From positions 11,346,001-11,410,000 of the forward strand of contig CM097887.1 of the NCBI GenBank assembly GCA_044892525.1: DNA of 64,000 bases, in the 5' to 3' direction. The stretch is from Schmidtea polychroa. Taxonomy: Eukaryota. The first letter of the stretch is position 1; every line of letters begins with the position of its first letter. A program made the translations under genes and the position numbers. Positions 12,801 to 26,116 of this stretch are shown here, in pieces. Under the pieces are notes generated by a model. That model made no database searches, was not told the DNA's origin, and saw only the letters and a program-made list of their open reading frames with translations.

Positions 12801-13239
12801 AACACCAAATAGAACTCAAAAATTTCAAAAAAACGGTATAAAGTAGGTCGATCACGCAATTAAATCAAAGACTAAATTCCAAATTTAAACTGGCACACAA
12901 ACTCGAGAAACACAATTGTATGCGCACACAGATGCGAAAGATTAAAAACAAATCAACACGCGAGCACAAAATCTAGTTAAACCTAGATCGGCCGGCCTGT
13001 ATCGAAAAACAGGTTGAAAAAGAGTAATCATTAAAATAAATTATTTATTTTTTCATGTAAAACAAGGTACGCAAAATTTTTAGCAACGGTTTCGCGAGTT
13101 GCTGCAGCCTTTGCAAATAAAGCAATGAGTAAAATAATTTTCATATATACACAATTTGATTTGACGTGTATTGCTAGTTGACGAAATAATTAATTATTAA
13201 TATATATTGCCTTTATGCATGCTCACTGCGTTGTATTTG

Positions 13240-14044
13240 CTGTAAGCGTTCTGTCATTCTCCAATGTATGTGTGTTTGCCTCCAATCCAATAAAATTTCC
13301 TTTCTAGTCATTCGGAACCCACCACATTTTCATCTGTCTTCTTTTAACTCCAACTCCATACGCTTTCTCCCCTGCCTGTATTCGCAATAATTGTCTTAAG
13401 TCTGTAGAAGCAGCTAACGTCTACACATCTGACTTGAATAACTATCAATTTTCTTTAGGCCATATTTAACTGGAACATGTCTATCGAATGAGTACGTTAC
13501 TGCCATTGCAATTTCTCTTTTCTCTCATTAGATGAATTAGGCATTGTATATTCAATCTCTTCTGTAAGGTGAACCTACAGCACATCATTATTCAGATTCA
13601 AGCTAACTAAATCACAAGTTTAGTCTTGTCCTAATGGCAGCAACTACAAAAACTACGACACAGAAACGACTATATGGTACTAATTATATTGAATATGAAT
13701 TCACGTCAGTTGTCAAAAATGATCGCGAACTTTCATAGTGTGTTATATCCTATCCTACTGTAGCTGATATGGCTATCTCAACATTGTTGACCTTTCCCAG
13801 AACTTCTCTTTGTGAACAATTCTATTCAGTATGGACTGAATTGGACCACACAGACAACGCATTAACTGTAAATCTCTTATAACCATGATTAATACATTGT
13901 TTTCATATCTACGAGTAATTACTTCGTGAAATTTCATTAATTTCAATTTTCAATTATGGGAAAGCAGTAAGGGAGAGGTGGAGGACACAAAATAACATGA
14001 ATACAACTAAAGGTATGTTGAGTCAAAAAGGTTGAAAACCGCTG
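13240..14044 (-). mobile_element. Degenerate hAT-type DNA transposon end
   Basis: A hAT-like terminus CAGCGGTTTTCAACCTTTTTG on the minus strand ends at 14044. The internal coding remains are too decayed to align confidently. Confidence 0.35.
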
Positions 14045-15709
14045 ATGTAAAATACGGACAGTGTAAAATATGGATTCGACAATTATTATTTTAAAATTAA
14101 ATTTCAAAATTTATCACATTTGCTTTAATATTAAAAATTGGCACATTTTTTAAATCTAAGAGTGTTTTATGAATAATTAATTATTAATTCAATAATAGTT
14201 AATTTTACTAAATTGCTACATTTGAGACTTGCCATTAAATTTTGGGTATTTAAAATTAGCTGTAAATTTAATTTCAATGTCGTCTTCAATTATTAAAATT
14301 AATACATCAAACGTCCTTACGAAATATAATATCAGTATATTGTTGTAAACTTATAATATCTCATCTAGTTCATAAGTTGTAATAGCAGCGTTTATTCAAT
14401 TATAATCTTCAACATGTTTAACTACTTAATACACCAAAACGTATAAATTACGGTACGTTTAATCATAAATTAAGGTAAAGTATGACATAATTTATTTACA
14501 TATAAAAATAAACAATTGATATAAAGGCAAATATTTAGAGTACTGTAATAAATTACAGGCATTTACTATAGAAAGGCAGAAAAATAATTTTGGTGAGAGA
14601 AATAAAATACAAACAAACATATACTACATACATTAACTCTATAATAAAAATACACACAAACGGACAAAATTGATGAGCAGTAATTGTTAATTAAGGTATT
14701 TTTTTATTATAAAATATGCAAATTGATAGTTTTTTCTAGCGTTTTTTCACATTCCAGCTTTCCATGAGTAGAAGAGAAGCAAAGAGGAACAATGCAAATT
14801 ATAATTTATTTAAAAAAATTTCCAACTTATAACGTTTTTTAGAAATTTGGAAATAAATGATAGATTGCTGGAAATTGTGGGAAATGTAGGAAAACGAAAA
14901 ACGTGAATTTAGAGTTAATTAATTTTTAATACTCAGAAATTGATAAAAAAAGATTGATCGAAATAACGGAACAAGGAGAAAATTACTACAATCACATAAA
15001 GAAAATTCCTGAAATTATCTGTAATTGAAAACAGTTTATTTAAATGTATTTAAACGACAATTTAATAAATTTTACCGTTTTTTTAAAAATCTAAATGTAA
15101 TACTCCATAATACTTCTCTTTATTACAGACATAATTTATGCACTTTGGTGTAGTACAAGCATCTATCATAGTTACGACTGCTTCCTGTGTTTCTTTATAT
15201 TTAGAATAATTTATTGAATTATATTTTTTAATTTTTTATTATTTTTTTGTTAATTTTTTTAGGAAAGGTAGATTCCTCTAGGTGTGATTATAATTTACTT
15301 TTAATTTAATTATCCTAGTTTAATGCCAAATTTTTTTACACGTAACACGTGAAGATTGAAATCACAACACGTATTAAATTTTAATAAACAATAAAAAAAA
15401 TATAATATAACAATACATTACAATTACTAAAAACAGGAATGGTTTCAACATTAATAGTAAATAAATATATATTATATAACATCATTTTAGTATTAAAGAT
15501 AAATATTCCATTTTTACACATCTTTATTTTTTTTTGTTTTCTAATCTCTTTCGATTGTAGATTAATAATAAACAATGATTATTAATTTCAAGGTTAGAGT
15601 AATTGTTTCGAAATCTTTAATAAATATGGAAATTTAAAGAGTGCCAATAAAAAGGCTAACGCGTGCCACACTTTGGGCACCACTGGTTTAAATAATATGA
15701 CCAAATTAT

Positions 15710-16431
15710 TGTTAGGCAACTGTAAATAATTATTGTTTATTATCGCTATTGAAAATTGACAGGATAAAAAAATCAATAAATAGAATTTAGAAATAGGAAA
15801 GTTGAAAATATAATTTATCCTTGAAAGGAAGAAGTATTAGAAACAAAACCAAGGAAATAATAAAAGGATATCGAAGTAATAACCAAGAGAAAATTTGAAA
15901 GCATCAATTGTCACAGAAAAGAAGTAATAGAAATAAAGCTAGGAAATAATAAAAGTATATTAAGCTAAAATCTGAAAACATCAATTGTCACGGAAAAGAA
16001 GTAATAGAAATAAAACCTAGAATAAAAGAATATCGAAAGAATAACCAAGCGAGATAAAATCACTAAAACAATATTGCAAAGATATTATTCAACGTAGATT
16101 TGAGGAACAAGATCGTGATCTATCCAAGTCTAAAATATTTCTAGCTTTTAACTCTAACTTGGCGCAATTGAATTAAAAATATAACTAATTCTAACTTCGC
16201 AATTAAAGGTTTTTCTTTTTATTATTTTGTGAATAAAAGATTAAAGTTATATAATTGTTGTTTGTTTATTGTAAATTTTTTGTTCACTACCTTACATACA
16301 TTCACCCCAGCTGTCCCGAGACTGTTTTTTAAAGGAGACTCGGCTAGGCTCTACAAACCTTATTGACATACACGCACCTACAAACATAAATACAATATAC
16401 ACTTATAACTATATACAAATATTTAATTACA
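15710..16431 (+). mobile_element. Putative solo LTR related to the gypsy LTRs in this window
   Basis: TG...CA ends flanked by AATTAT and internal tandem blocks. It shares the U5-like motif CACCCC..TGTCCC...TTTTTTAAAGGAGACTC with the LTRs at 11240-11290 and 55260-55310. Confidence 0.45.
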
Positions 16432-16640
16432 AATTATACTTATATATACCACGTACGAATAATCGAGAAACCACATAACAGTAATGTTCTGTTTTATTAT
16501 GTTTTGCTATGTTTTATTTCGTTTTGTTTCAGTCATTTTAAAAAAATATAGAAGGCAAGCAGATTTTCAATGAAGGTAGGAAGTTCTCTTATTGATTTAA
16601 TTATTTTATCTATAATCATTTCAATAACAAAAAAATAGTT

Positions 16641-16860
16641 ATGTCAAAGAAGCAGAGAGTGGATAATAGCGGTCATTTCTTTTAAAAGATTATTTCTTTA
16701 TCGAGATTGAAAATAAACCAATTTGCTTAATTTGTCTAAGTTCTGTTTCTTGTATGAAAAAATGGAATCTCGAAAGACATTTTTTACAATGCCATGAAAA
16801 TTATTCGAAACTTTCTGATAAGCTTAAAGAAATTTAACTTCAAAAATAAAAAAACAATAT
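16641..16860 (+). pseudogene. hAT (SPIN/GTF2IRD2-like) transposase N-terminal fragment
   Basis: MSKKQRVDNSGHF, then after a frameshift KDYFFIEIENKPICLICLSSVSCMKKWNLERHF, matching YFF...GKP.CLIC...VAV.KEYNLKRH. Confidence 0.75.
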
Positions 16861-17164
16861 ATTCAAAAGTCAAATTTAATGAAATGATGATCCAATTGAT
16901 TTTGAAAAATTAGCCAATAATATTAATGAATGATTTTAATTAAAAATTTGAATTATTTTAATGGCCACTATTTATTGGAGATTTTTGTTGTGGGCGTCAC
17001 TGATTTAAACCACAATTAAATATATAAAGATATTTTCATAATTACGAATAGTCAGACATTTGTTATCAACTAACAAAATTGTTTAGTTACATATTAACTC
17101 GTTGACTGTCACGTCACACATAAATGTGAGTAGGTAGATGTGAGCCCACTGGTACAAAGAACTA

Positions 17165-17341
17165 TGACTCATCACTTTCCAGTGAGTCAGGGGTCACGTG
17201 GGTGTATCATGCGTGTGTATGACTCATGGTCTTTGTTCTACAGCGGTTCAAACCCAACATGTCAGGTGAAAAGCATGAGTCATATATACTTTTCAAAATT
17301 TTTCTAAGTTATGTACCCCCCACAATAATTTTTATGACTCA
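17165..17341. promoter_or_regulatory. Cluster of five AP-1 sites (TGA[C/G]TCA) plus an E-box
   Basis: Sites start at 17165, 17183, 17220, 17276 and 17335; CACGTG at 17195. TATAAA boxes at 17582 and 17591 precede the Bcl-2-like gene. Confidence 0.6.
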
Positions 17342-17623
17342 TTATTATTATTGATATTATTACTATTTAAATTATTATTATTATTAAACAGCCATACTAT
17401 TATTAATATTATTTTTTAAAACAATTATTGAATGACTTTAATGTTGCATCTGTCTTTATTAAACTGTCTTTATTGTAACTTCCTTTGTGAATCATATATT
17501 TTCTATCCTTATTTGTGTTATCAAGGTCATTATATAATATCTTATACAAATTATTAAAACAACCAATGAAAACCATACACATATAAAGGGTATAAATAAA
17601 AAAAAATCATATTTCATTTAAAA

Positions 17624-18082
17624 ATGAACCGGGAAATAATTTAAATTTTAAACGTTGTGGTATCGAATGAAAAAGGAGGTGAATTAATAACAAATATTCA
17701 AATTCTCGTGGATGAAGCCATGAAAATTTACAGAAGAAATCGCGTCGATTTTTCATGGATCCTCACAAGTAAAACCATAAATGCAAAGGAAAATGCATTT
17801 AAAGGCGTATTTTATTCCTTATTTGAAAATATGAAGTGGTCACGGGTCATCGTGGCTTTCATATACATGAAAATTATTTTACAAAGATAGGAAGAGTACT
17901 ATGAAAGATACTTTCAATGGTCTGTACAGGTATGTATATATATATATATATATATTTTTTTAAATAATATCTAGATAATTCAAAATGAAATTTCGCCATG
18001 GGTATCAGAAAATGGATCCTGGAATGTCATTAATGGAATGGTTGAAAAACGAAAATCTCAAGACAAGACAAAATTAATTTGA
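17624..18082 (+). pseudogene. Bcl-2 family gene with one intron and two in-frame stops
   Basis: BH3-like IQILVDEAMKIY; BH1 FKGVFYSLFENMKWSRVIVAF; a 45-bp phase-0 intron at 17930-17974 (GTATGT..CTAG); BH2 ISPWVSENGSW. Premature stops TAA 17642 and TAG 17888; final stop TGA 18080. Confidence 0.75.
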
Positions 18083-18132
18083 CCATTGATTTTAATTAAA
18101 TAAATTTTATTAATTTAATAAATTTAAAAATA

Positions 18133-18520
18133 TGGGTGTTTGGAATTGTGGATTCTAGTTATGTGCGTGCAAAAGGTCTAATGTTTGTTGTTCCTAATCG
18201 ATCTTCTCAAACACTATTGCCTATTATACAACAACATGTAATTCCTGGATCAATTCACACCGACGAATGGCGTGCTTATAATAACATTTTTAATGCCGGA
18301 TTTGAGCATCATACAATTAATCATAGTTTAATGTTTGTAAATCATGAAACTGGAATACATACACAGTTTATTGAATCATATTGGGCGAAGCAAAAGCAAC
18401 GTCAAAAAACAATGAAGGGCATAAGAGGTAAAAAATTAAGTGAATATTTAGCGATGTTTAATTGGTGGGATAATGTTTGTCAAAAAAACTTTCAAAAAGT
18501 TATTGAATTAATTAAATTAT
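18133..18520 (+). mobile_element. Merlin / IS1595-ISXO2-like DDE transposase C-terminal fragment
   Basis: WVFGIVD...VPNRSSQTLLPIIQQHVIPGS.HTDEWRAY...HHTINHS..FV..ETGIHTQFIESYW..K. 5'-truncated. Confidence 0.88.
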
Positions 18521-20052
18521 TTATTATTCTTTTATTGGGGGAAATTTTACTTATGATCCATTAATTTTAATAATGTTTGGAATTATGTATGTTGTTTTTC
18601 TATAAAAAATATTTTTAAAAATTAATACGTTTTATTCTTTATTATTGTAAAATTAAAAAAAATTTAAACTTTATTATTTATGACACAATAACATTCACAT
18701 TCCTCATCACAACATTTATTATCTTTATTTATTTCTTCATCATCGTTCATATTTTTGTCATATTGTGCATCATCCAATATATAATTATATATGTTTATTC
18801 CGGTCATTTCTAATATTTTTTTCGGTTATAATTTATCAGATCTTCTATAAAAAGAATTAATAAATAATAATATTAATAATAAAATACATTTTTCATTTAA
18901 AGTAGACATTTTATGTATTATGTGTCTTTGTTTATTTGCATGTTTATTGCACATGTCTTTATGTTATTCATGTGATGACTTAGTTATGTCTTTGTTAAAA
19001 ATACTCGTCATTTCCTTGTTTAAATTTAATAGTCATGTCTTTCTAATTTGCATGCTATTATTTTTTCTATCCAATCACAATTCTGGTAGGTCAATTTTAC
19101 AATTTCACTAAATACTCAATTTCGATTGGTCGGTATGTAAATCTTTCTTTTTGATATTAGGTATAAACATTACTTTTAATTTCACTTTTAGAAAATTTCA
19201 AAATATGAACAATCAACAATTCATGATGAATAAAGAAGAATCGATTTCGCGGAAAAGTAAATTTATTATTTTTATTTTTAAATTTGAATTTATTATTATG
19301 TTTTAGGAAATGTGTGACCTTTTCATTGGGAATTCGAAAAAAGCTCTTAGGAAACAAATAGCAAAGTAAAATTTATTTAATTTTTAAAACTTTATTAATA
19401 TTTTCCTATTAGATGCTTAGCTTCAACTTCCGCTTCTATTCGATCCAATTTTTTGTCTGTGGATATTGATGAAGGTAAATTAAATTATTATTACTATTCA
19501 AAATATTATTATATATTCAGAAAACAATTAAATTAATCTGCACAATTCAAATATGATTTCAAATATGAAAACACATTTGATGAACAATGTCATTCAAAAC
19601 CCAAACATGCCATGTATATCGACAAATGCTAACCAAAAATTATCCAACAAGTATCGCAGCAAGAACAAAAAAGAAAAATGTAAGTGTTTTCCAATTGAAA
19701 TATGTGATTGGATAATTTATTTAATAATTACGATATATTTTTTTTCAAGTAATCTATATTTTATATTTTATTAGGTTCTTATAAAATAAATAAAAATAAT
19801 TATCGATTTTTATTTTAATTATTTTATTTGGAAAAATTTACATTTTAATAATATTTTTGAAAATAAATTTCATAATAGTTATCAGCTGATTAACTTAAAT
19901 AATTTTATTTCATAATTTTAAAAATATAATTTATTAGTTGTCATTAAAGATATTATTATAAATAAAGATGAAAAATATTTTTAAACCTAATATTTTTTAC
20001 ACAGGTCAACTATACCCCATTTGTTGTTAAATGGCCTGGTTGTCACGATGCT

Positions 20053-23000
20053 ATGGATAATTATTATAGTAAAACTTACTATAATAAAAAATATTACATA
20101 TGTCCCATATGCATGACCCTAAACTTAAACGAATATATTGGTTTTTATAATCAACATAAAAATCATTTGTCCTATTTTAAAAGCAATAAAAAAGAAATTT
20201 TTTCAACATTAATAAAAACATTTAATGAAGCAGTTAATTCCGATCAAGAAATTATAACAAATTGCAGGAAAAATTGAAAACTGAAATTATTGCACCAGAA
20301 CCTATAGTAATTACTGAGGTTATAACAATTTCTGATGACGATGAAAATGTTCAAGAAGAAGATGGAGCTGAAGATCACGAGGAAGACTGTGGAGAAGATG
20401 GAGCTGAAGATCGCGAGGAAGACCATGGAGAAGATGGTGAAAATTTACCAGTGATCGAATATGATTTGAATCGGTCACATAGAGTAATAAAATTAAACAT
20501 TGAAAGATATAATATGAAAACCATTGAATTAGCAGTTCCTATTTTACTTGCATTAAGAAATGCTTTAAACGAACACGGTCACGCAAGAATTCAATTTAAG
20601 ATGGGGGCACAAAAACTGCGTGGATTTCAAATATATCAGCGAAATATTCAGAAACATTCCTTGAGCAAGGTATTAAAAAATTATACGAAAAAATAAATGT
20701 TCGAACTGTTGGGGGGAAGCAGTTGGCCTGTGAAAAAAGTGTTAGAAATAATTTTCACTGTCACAAAATTGAAGACACCAGAGACTTTAGCTAATAATAA
20801 TGCTATAGTTAATATTAAAAATACAGATAATTTATGCTTTCTTTATAGCATACTTTGTATTAAAAATTTGCATGTAATTCGAACAAATAGGCAACGAGTT
20901 GAGAATTATAAAGATTATATGGATCAACTACTGTATGACAAGGAAGATTTTCCTATGCAGTTATCTAACATAAGGAAATTAATCCAGGACTGGCAATCAA
21001 TGTTTTCAGTTACAATTGCACAAATGTTTTGAACATCGATGAAAATGATGAGGAAACCGTTTTTAAACATCCGAATTTGGATATAATACATCGGACTAAA
21101 GTAGAGGGCGTAGCACCGATCTATTTGCTAATGTTGGAAAAAGATGAAAACTTTCATTATACTGCTGTTACTAATCTGCAGCGGTTAATGAATTGCTATG
21201 AGAGCGAAGATTGCCCAGTTCGCATTCCAGTGCAAATGGTGCGAAACAAGTCTGAATGGCTTTAGAAAAACACAAAGCAATTTGCAGCAAAAATATGCTC
21301 GGTACTACAATGTACACGATGCCTCAAAATAAAGATTTGGTATTTAGTGATTGGTCCAAAACAGCCACTCCGCCATAAGTTATTTACGCCTATTTCGTGG
21401 CGATCTTATCCGATGATGAAAGACATCATCAAATTCATTTACCAATAGCAGCGGGGCTGTTGTTGATAAATAATTTCACTGGGGTTAGATCAATATCATC
21501 AATTTATTGGGCAGGAATGTATTGTGGAGTTTTTGGCAAAAATCGAACAATTGGGGCAGCAAGTAGTTTTGCCATACTATTATAGAAACGCAAGGAAAAC
21601 AATGATAATGTCAGCACCAAAACGGATCGAATATAATAGGGCGTGAGTGTGTTATCTGTGCAATAAAAGAAAATATTTAGTCAGAGATCATGACCATTTT
21701 ACGGGCGAATATTTGGGCGCAGCATACAATGACTGCAATTTATCAAGACAAATAAGATATTTATTACCGGTAGTATTTCATAATCTGAAAGGATATGACT
21801 TACACCATATTTTGAAATACGGACTCAATGAATTTACACATAGGTCCTTAAATTGTATTCCAACAACGAAAAATTTTTATCATTGATGGTGAGAATAAAA
21901 AACTTAACCGTGCGTTTCATTGACAGTTTGCAGTTTGTCAATGATTCATTGGCAAAAGCAGTTAAGACATTGATTGGATTACCGTTAACTCGTTCAGTAT
22001 TTGGTGGAACATTGGTAGAAACAAAAGGGATTTTCCCTTATAATCATGCGAAAAGGTTAGAAATTTTGGAAAACACAGCGGAATTGCAACCGATTTGGAA
22101 AAAAGTAACACAAGAAGAATATCAGAAAGCACTGGAAATTTGGGAAGAAACCGGTGGTCAAAATTTACTGGATTACATGAAAATATATTTGAAGCTGGAC
22201 GTGTATTTACTGGCCGATGTATTCCAGCAGTTTCGAGCAAGATCAATAGCGCACAATAAATTGGAGCCACTAAATTTCTTTGGTATTCCCGGAATGACTT
22301 GGGCATCGGCACTCGTGACGTTAAGGGAATGAATAATTGTTGATGAAGTTTAATTATTTTTGGTTTACTCGACATAGAAATGTACAATTTTTTCGATGGA
22401 GGTATACGTGGTGGTCTCACATTTGTGAATAAACACTATGCAGTGTCGTCAGAAAACATTGAGTTGTTGTATATCGACATCAGCAACTTATACGGCTGGA
22501 CATTGAGTCAGAAATTGCCATGTAAAAATTTTAAATGGATACTGGAGGAATCGGATTTGGAATCGATTTTGGAACAATGTGTGAATCAAGATTTAGAAAC
22601 ACTGGATTATGGCTATACCGTGGAGGTGGACATGGAAATTCCAGATGATTTACACGACAAATTCGATGATTTCCCAATCGGTGCGGAGAAGATAAAAGTG
22701 AAATAAAGTCGAAAAGTTAATGCTAACACATTTACCAAAAACACATTATGTTTTGCATTGGCGACTCCTGAAAATGTACATGTCATTGGGTGTACAAGTT
22801 TAGAAGATACACCGGACAATAAAATATTAGCAAAAATGTATCTTTAAGAACTATATAGATACGAATACACAATGGTGGGCAAATTCAACAAATGCTCTGG
22901 ATAAAAACTACTACAAGTTATTGAACAATAGCTTGTATGGCAAAACAGTAGAAAATTTAAAGAAGCGGTTGAATATGAGGCTGTGCAACAAACAATCGAA

Positions 23001-23694
23001 AATGGAAACTTATGCCTCAAAACCCACATTTAGGAGGTCGATCAAAATAGCAGATGATCTGATAGCAGCATTATTGAATATTGAAACTGTATGTTTAGAT
23101 AGGCCAAGTTACATCGGGCAAAGTGTACTTGACTTATCCAAACTTAGAATGTATGAATTGCACTATGTAGAACTGAAGAAGTATAGAAAACAATTCAAAT
23201 GCAGTATAGATGGGGACACAGAGAGTTTTTTCCTGGAATATAAGAATGTGAAGTTAAGAACACAATTACTTCCAGCTATGATTGCCGATAATTTATTGGA
23301 TACGAGCAATTATGATCCGACAGACCCCTTGTACAATCAAAACTTGGATTCAGTTATAGAGAAATTCAAGGATGAAAATAAAAGTAAAAAATATAAAGAA
23401 ATGATATTTCTAAAACCCAAGTGCTATAGCCAGTTGAATGATGATGATACAACAAATAAGGCAACAGGGGTAAAATTAGTGGATAGTAATATAAATCATC
23501 AATCATATGTAGATTGTTATAATGGTATGGTAATACCGCCAATTCCTCAAGAAAATTCCTTAGAAATCATCAGCTTTTCACTATAAAAAATAATAAGGTT
23601 GCATTAACAGATACTGATGATAAAAGGGTCTGGGTTGATATAAATAAGTCATTCATATGGGCATTATGCAGTAAATTGGCGGGCTCCTATTTAA
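20053..23694 (+). pseudogene. Protein-primed family B DNA polymerase (pPolB), many frameshifts and stops
   Basis: Motifs in order: IVNIKNTDNLCFLYSIL; HYTAVTNLQRL; VRDHDHFTGEYLGAA..CNL; PVVFHNLKGYD; RFIDSLQF; KGIFPY; YLKLDVYLLADVF; GGIRGG; YIDISNLYG; YKLLNNSLYGK; YIGQSVLDLSK; DGDTES; LKPKCYS; DDKR..YGHY. Confidence 0.93.
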
Positions 23695-24129
23695 CAACCA
23701 GGTTCTCAAGAACTTATATCTAATCAGTAAAAATTATTATTATTATTATTATTGTTTCAGTAGTAATATCAGTTTAAATTTCTCCAGCTTATTTCAAACC
23801 AGATTATGTACNNNNNNNNNNNNNNNNNNNNNNNNNNNNNNNNNNNNNNNNNNNNNNNNNNNNNNNNNNNNNNNNNNNNNNNNNNNNNNNNNNNNNNNNN
23901 NNNNNNNNNNNNNNNNNNNNNNNNNNNNNNNNNNNNNNNNNNNNNNNNNNNNNNNNNAATGTTTCAGACAGTTTGCCCCAACATATATTATCGTTGTTGC
24001 TCAATGGTATTATTATTATTTTAGAATTTTATTTTTATTCACCACAGTGCTTTTAATATAAGGAAAAAACGGTCCTCTTTAGGGCCCCAAAAAAAAACTT
24101 TGAGAATGTGTAAAATAAGAAGCATTTAT

Positions 24130-24465
24130 TTAAACAGATAAATAATCAATAGCGCCCAATAAACATTGTTGATACGCACAATTTAGACGAGTTCCATAAA
24201 TACAGTGACTATTTTCTATGATCTTCCAAATGGTTTTGAATTGGTATAATATTAATCGTAAATTCGGGAAGCTTTTCTTTAGTTTTTGATACTTTCTTTC
24301 ATCGATAACATAGAAAATACTTTCATTTTTTATTGTTTTCAAATATTCTTCGTGAAATTTCGAATTAATGTAAACACAATGTATAGGCTCTAAAATATTA
24401 TGCACATCCATAATACATAATTCAGTAACAGTATCAAATAGAATATCAATGAAAAAACAGGTCAT
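24130..24465 (-). CDS. Hypothetical 111-aa protein in the Polinton gene module
   Basis: Intact ORF directly downstream of the protease on the same strand, with a Cys/His-rich C-terminus. No family recognised. Confidence 0.4.
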   Translation of the reverse strand: MTCFFIDILFDTVTELCIMDVHNILEPIHCVYINSKFHEEYLKTIKNESIFYVIDERKYQKLKKSFPNLRLILYQFKTIWKIIENSHCIYGTRLNCAYQQCLLGAIDYLSV

Positions 24466-24482
24466 TTAAAAAAAACATTTAT

Positions 24483-24790
24483 TTAGTAATGTTTATACAT
24501 TAGCCAAGCAAGACAATGTTGACCACAAGTTAATGGATGTTGAAACTGAATTTTGTTGTATTCAATAGGAGCACCATATGATGATAGTTTTTTTATCAAT
24601 AGAGCAGGATAATAGAAACTCATGGGGTCGAAAACATATATTTTATCGGGCTTCTCATAGACTGCAATCCAGTATTCTCCACTAAGAGTAGACGAATCAG
24701 TGTTGACAATAATGGGTTGATTGTTTTTTAAACAGGGATTTTTATCTAATGGGTACACTCCAACAAAATCATTTCCCAGAATTTAATAAC
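24483..24790 (-). CDS. Adenain-like cysteine protease (Polinton PRO), probably degenerate
   Basis: FVGVYPLDK..IIVNTDSSTLSGEYWIAV..VFDP..QFQHPLTCGQHCL. The expected catalytic His in GEHW appears as Tyr. Confidence 0.85.
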
Positions 24791-24809
24791 CAATTCGATT
24801 TATCTGAAC

Positions 24810-25240
24810 AGAACTATTATAATAATAGCACTTCATTTTCAAAAAACCGTATATTATAACATGTATCGGTTTGGTTGTAGGTTTCCATTTTGCGGTAATT
24901 GACTCTGATTCAAATCAAAATCAGGGGCCAACACAAATGTAAAGAATGGGTATTTGTTTTTGAATTCTTCAAGTGTTATACCACAATTCAGGTTTTTATC
25001 CAAATAGCCCATATTTCTTATTATACTTTGCATATATGTAGCGCAATAATTATCATTATCGAAATCTTGAGTGTATGTTTCTCGATAATCAGTATTTTTC
25101 GATAATGATAATGAAGTAACATTACAATGCTTGAAAGTAGAACTCGAAGCAGTGTAATATCCGTTGAACTGAGTTTCAGATTGAAATGTTACAAGTATAA
25201 AATTTGGCATTCTTCGATCATCAAATATTTGTTCCTTACA
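24810..25240 (-). pseudogene. Polinton major capsid protein (double jelly-roll), C-terminal half
   Basis: KEQIFDDRRMPNFILVTF..QFNGYY..STFKH..DFDND.Y..Y..GITLEEFKNKYPFFTFVLAPDF..GNL, matching the C-terminus of Polinton MCP. Confidence 0.8.
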
Positions 25241-25283
25241 GGTGGGGTTGTTGATCCGCTGGAAGGGATCAAGTAGGGGGAAA

Positions 25284-25397
25284 TGTTTCGACCAGTTAGA
25301 GGGGGAATGACATTTACCACTGACTGGCAGTTTGTTTGCTGAGAGTATCGCGTCCGATTCTTGTTAGTGTGCGCAGACAGACGCGAGAAGTAGGTTT
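25284..25397 (-). repeat. Conserved double-hairpin terminal module, copy 1 (others at 31595-31765 and 40740-40872)
   Basis: All three copies share TGTTTCGACCAGT.AGA.GGGGAATG.CA.T.ACC.CTGACTGG and GTGCGCA.ACAGACGCGAGAAGTAGGTT. Confidence 0.9.
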
Positions 25398-25689
25398 TTC
25401 TATTTTTTATATTGTGGTTTATATTAATTTGTAGAATAGAATTGATTGTTTTCTGGAAGAACGGAATTTTTGTTTAAACGGGTCTTTTGGGTGAATTTTT
25501 TGAAATGAAGAATCCAAAAGAATCGTTTGAAAATGTTATTAAATCAATCTTTTTAGTTTTTAATGGACAAATTGCATGTTTAGAATTAAGCCCAATGTTG
25601 GCGTATGTGGGGAGAAAAGAAAAATTGTTTCGCTAGATGTATCATCACATTCATTCGACTCAGACCTTTCCCCAACTTCATCGATATTC

Positions 25690-25791
25690 CCTCGTGTGAG
25701 CCCGTGGCGATGTTCCACGTTGGTGATGCCCACACGGGTGGGAGTTGGTTAGCAGGTGAGCCCCTGCCTTAGGACTACTATTAACCCACTC
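25690..25791 (-). ncRNA. Conserved structured RNA element of unknown class (unit A copy)
   Basis: Helices GGUUA/UAACC, GCAG/CUGC, CGUGUGGGC/GCUCACACG and GUGG/CCAC covary with the unit B copy at 36757-36858. Confidence 0.6.
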
Positions 25792-26116
25792 GCGGTTCGG
25801 GTTCCACGGTGCCTTAGGTCTTACCCATAACCATACGTACAACTCGGTCCGACCCTGGTCCAAGGGGACGACCTCTAACCTAATGGCTTTCGTTCAAAAT
25901 CACCCTTTCATTCACACTGACCACAAATTTATACCTATCGAGAATTTACCATAATGAAATCAAACAAAAATATATTGAAGCCATAAACAAAATTACGCAC
26001 ACCAATTACAAAATCAGCAAAGTTTAAATCAATCAAGAATATACAAGGCTGTCAGTTTTCTAAACAAAATCCATTTGCAGTTCGAAAGAAAGAATCAAGA
26101 CCGATTGCAAGTTACT

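Noticed and set aside
13040-13145. Signal-peptide-like mini-ORF MKIILLIALFAKAAA on the minus strand
   Set aside because: No convincing in-frame continuation or splice partner was found.
17624-18082. Alternative genetic code (TAA/TAG = Gln) to rescue the Bcl-2-like gene
   Set aside because: LRWD1 ends in TAA and intact genes have no internal TAA/TAG; ordinary nonsense mutations suffice.
23804-24024. ORFs spanning the first N gap
   Set aside because: Artefacts of translating Ns.
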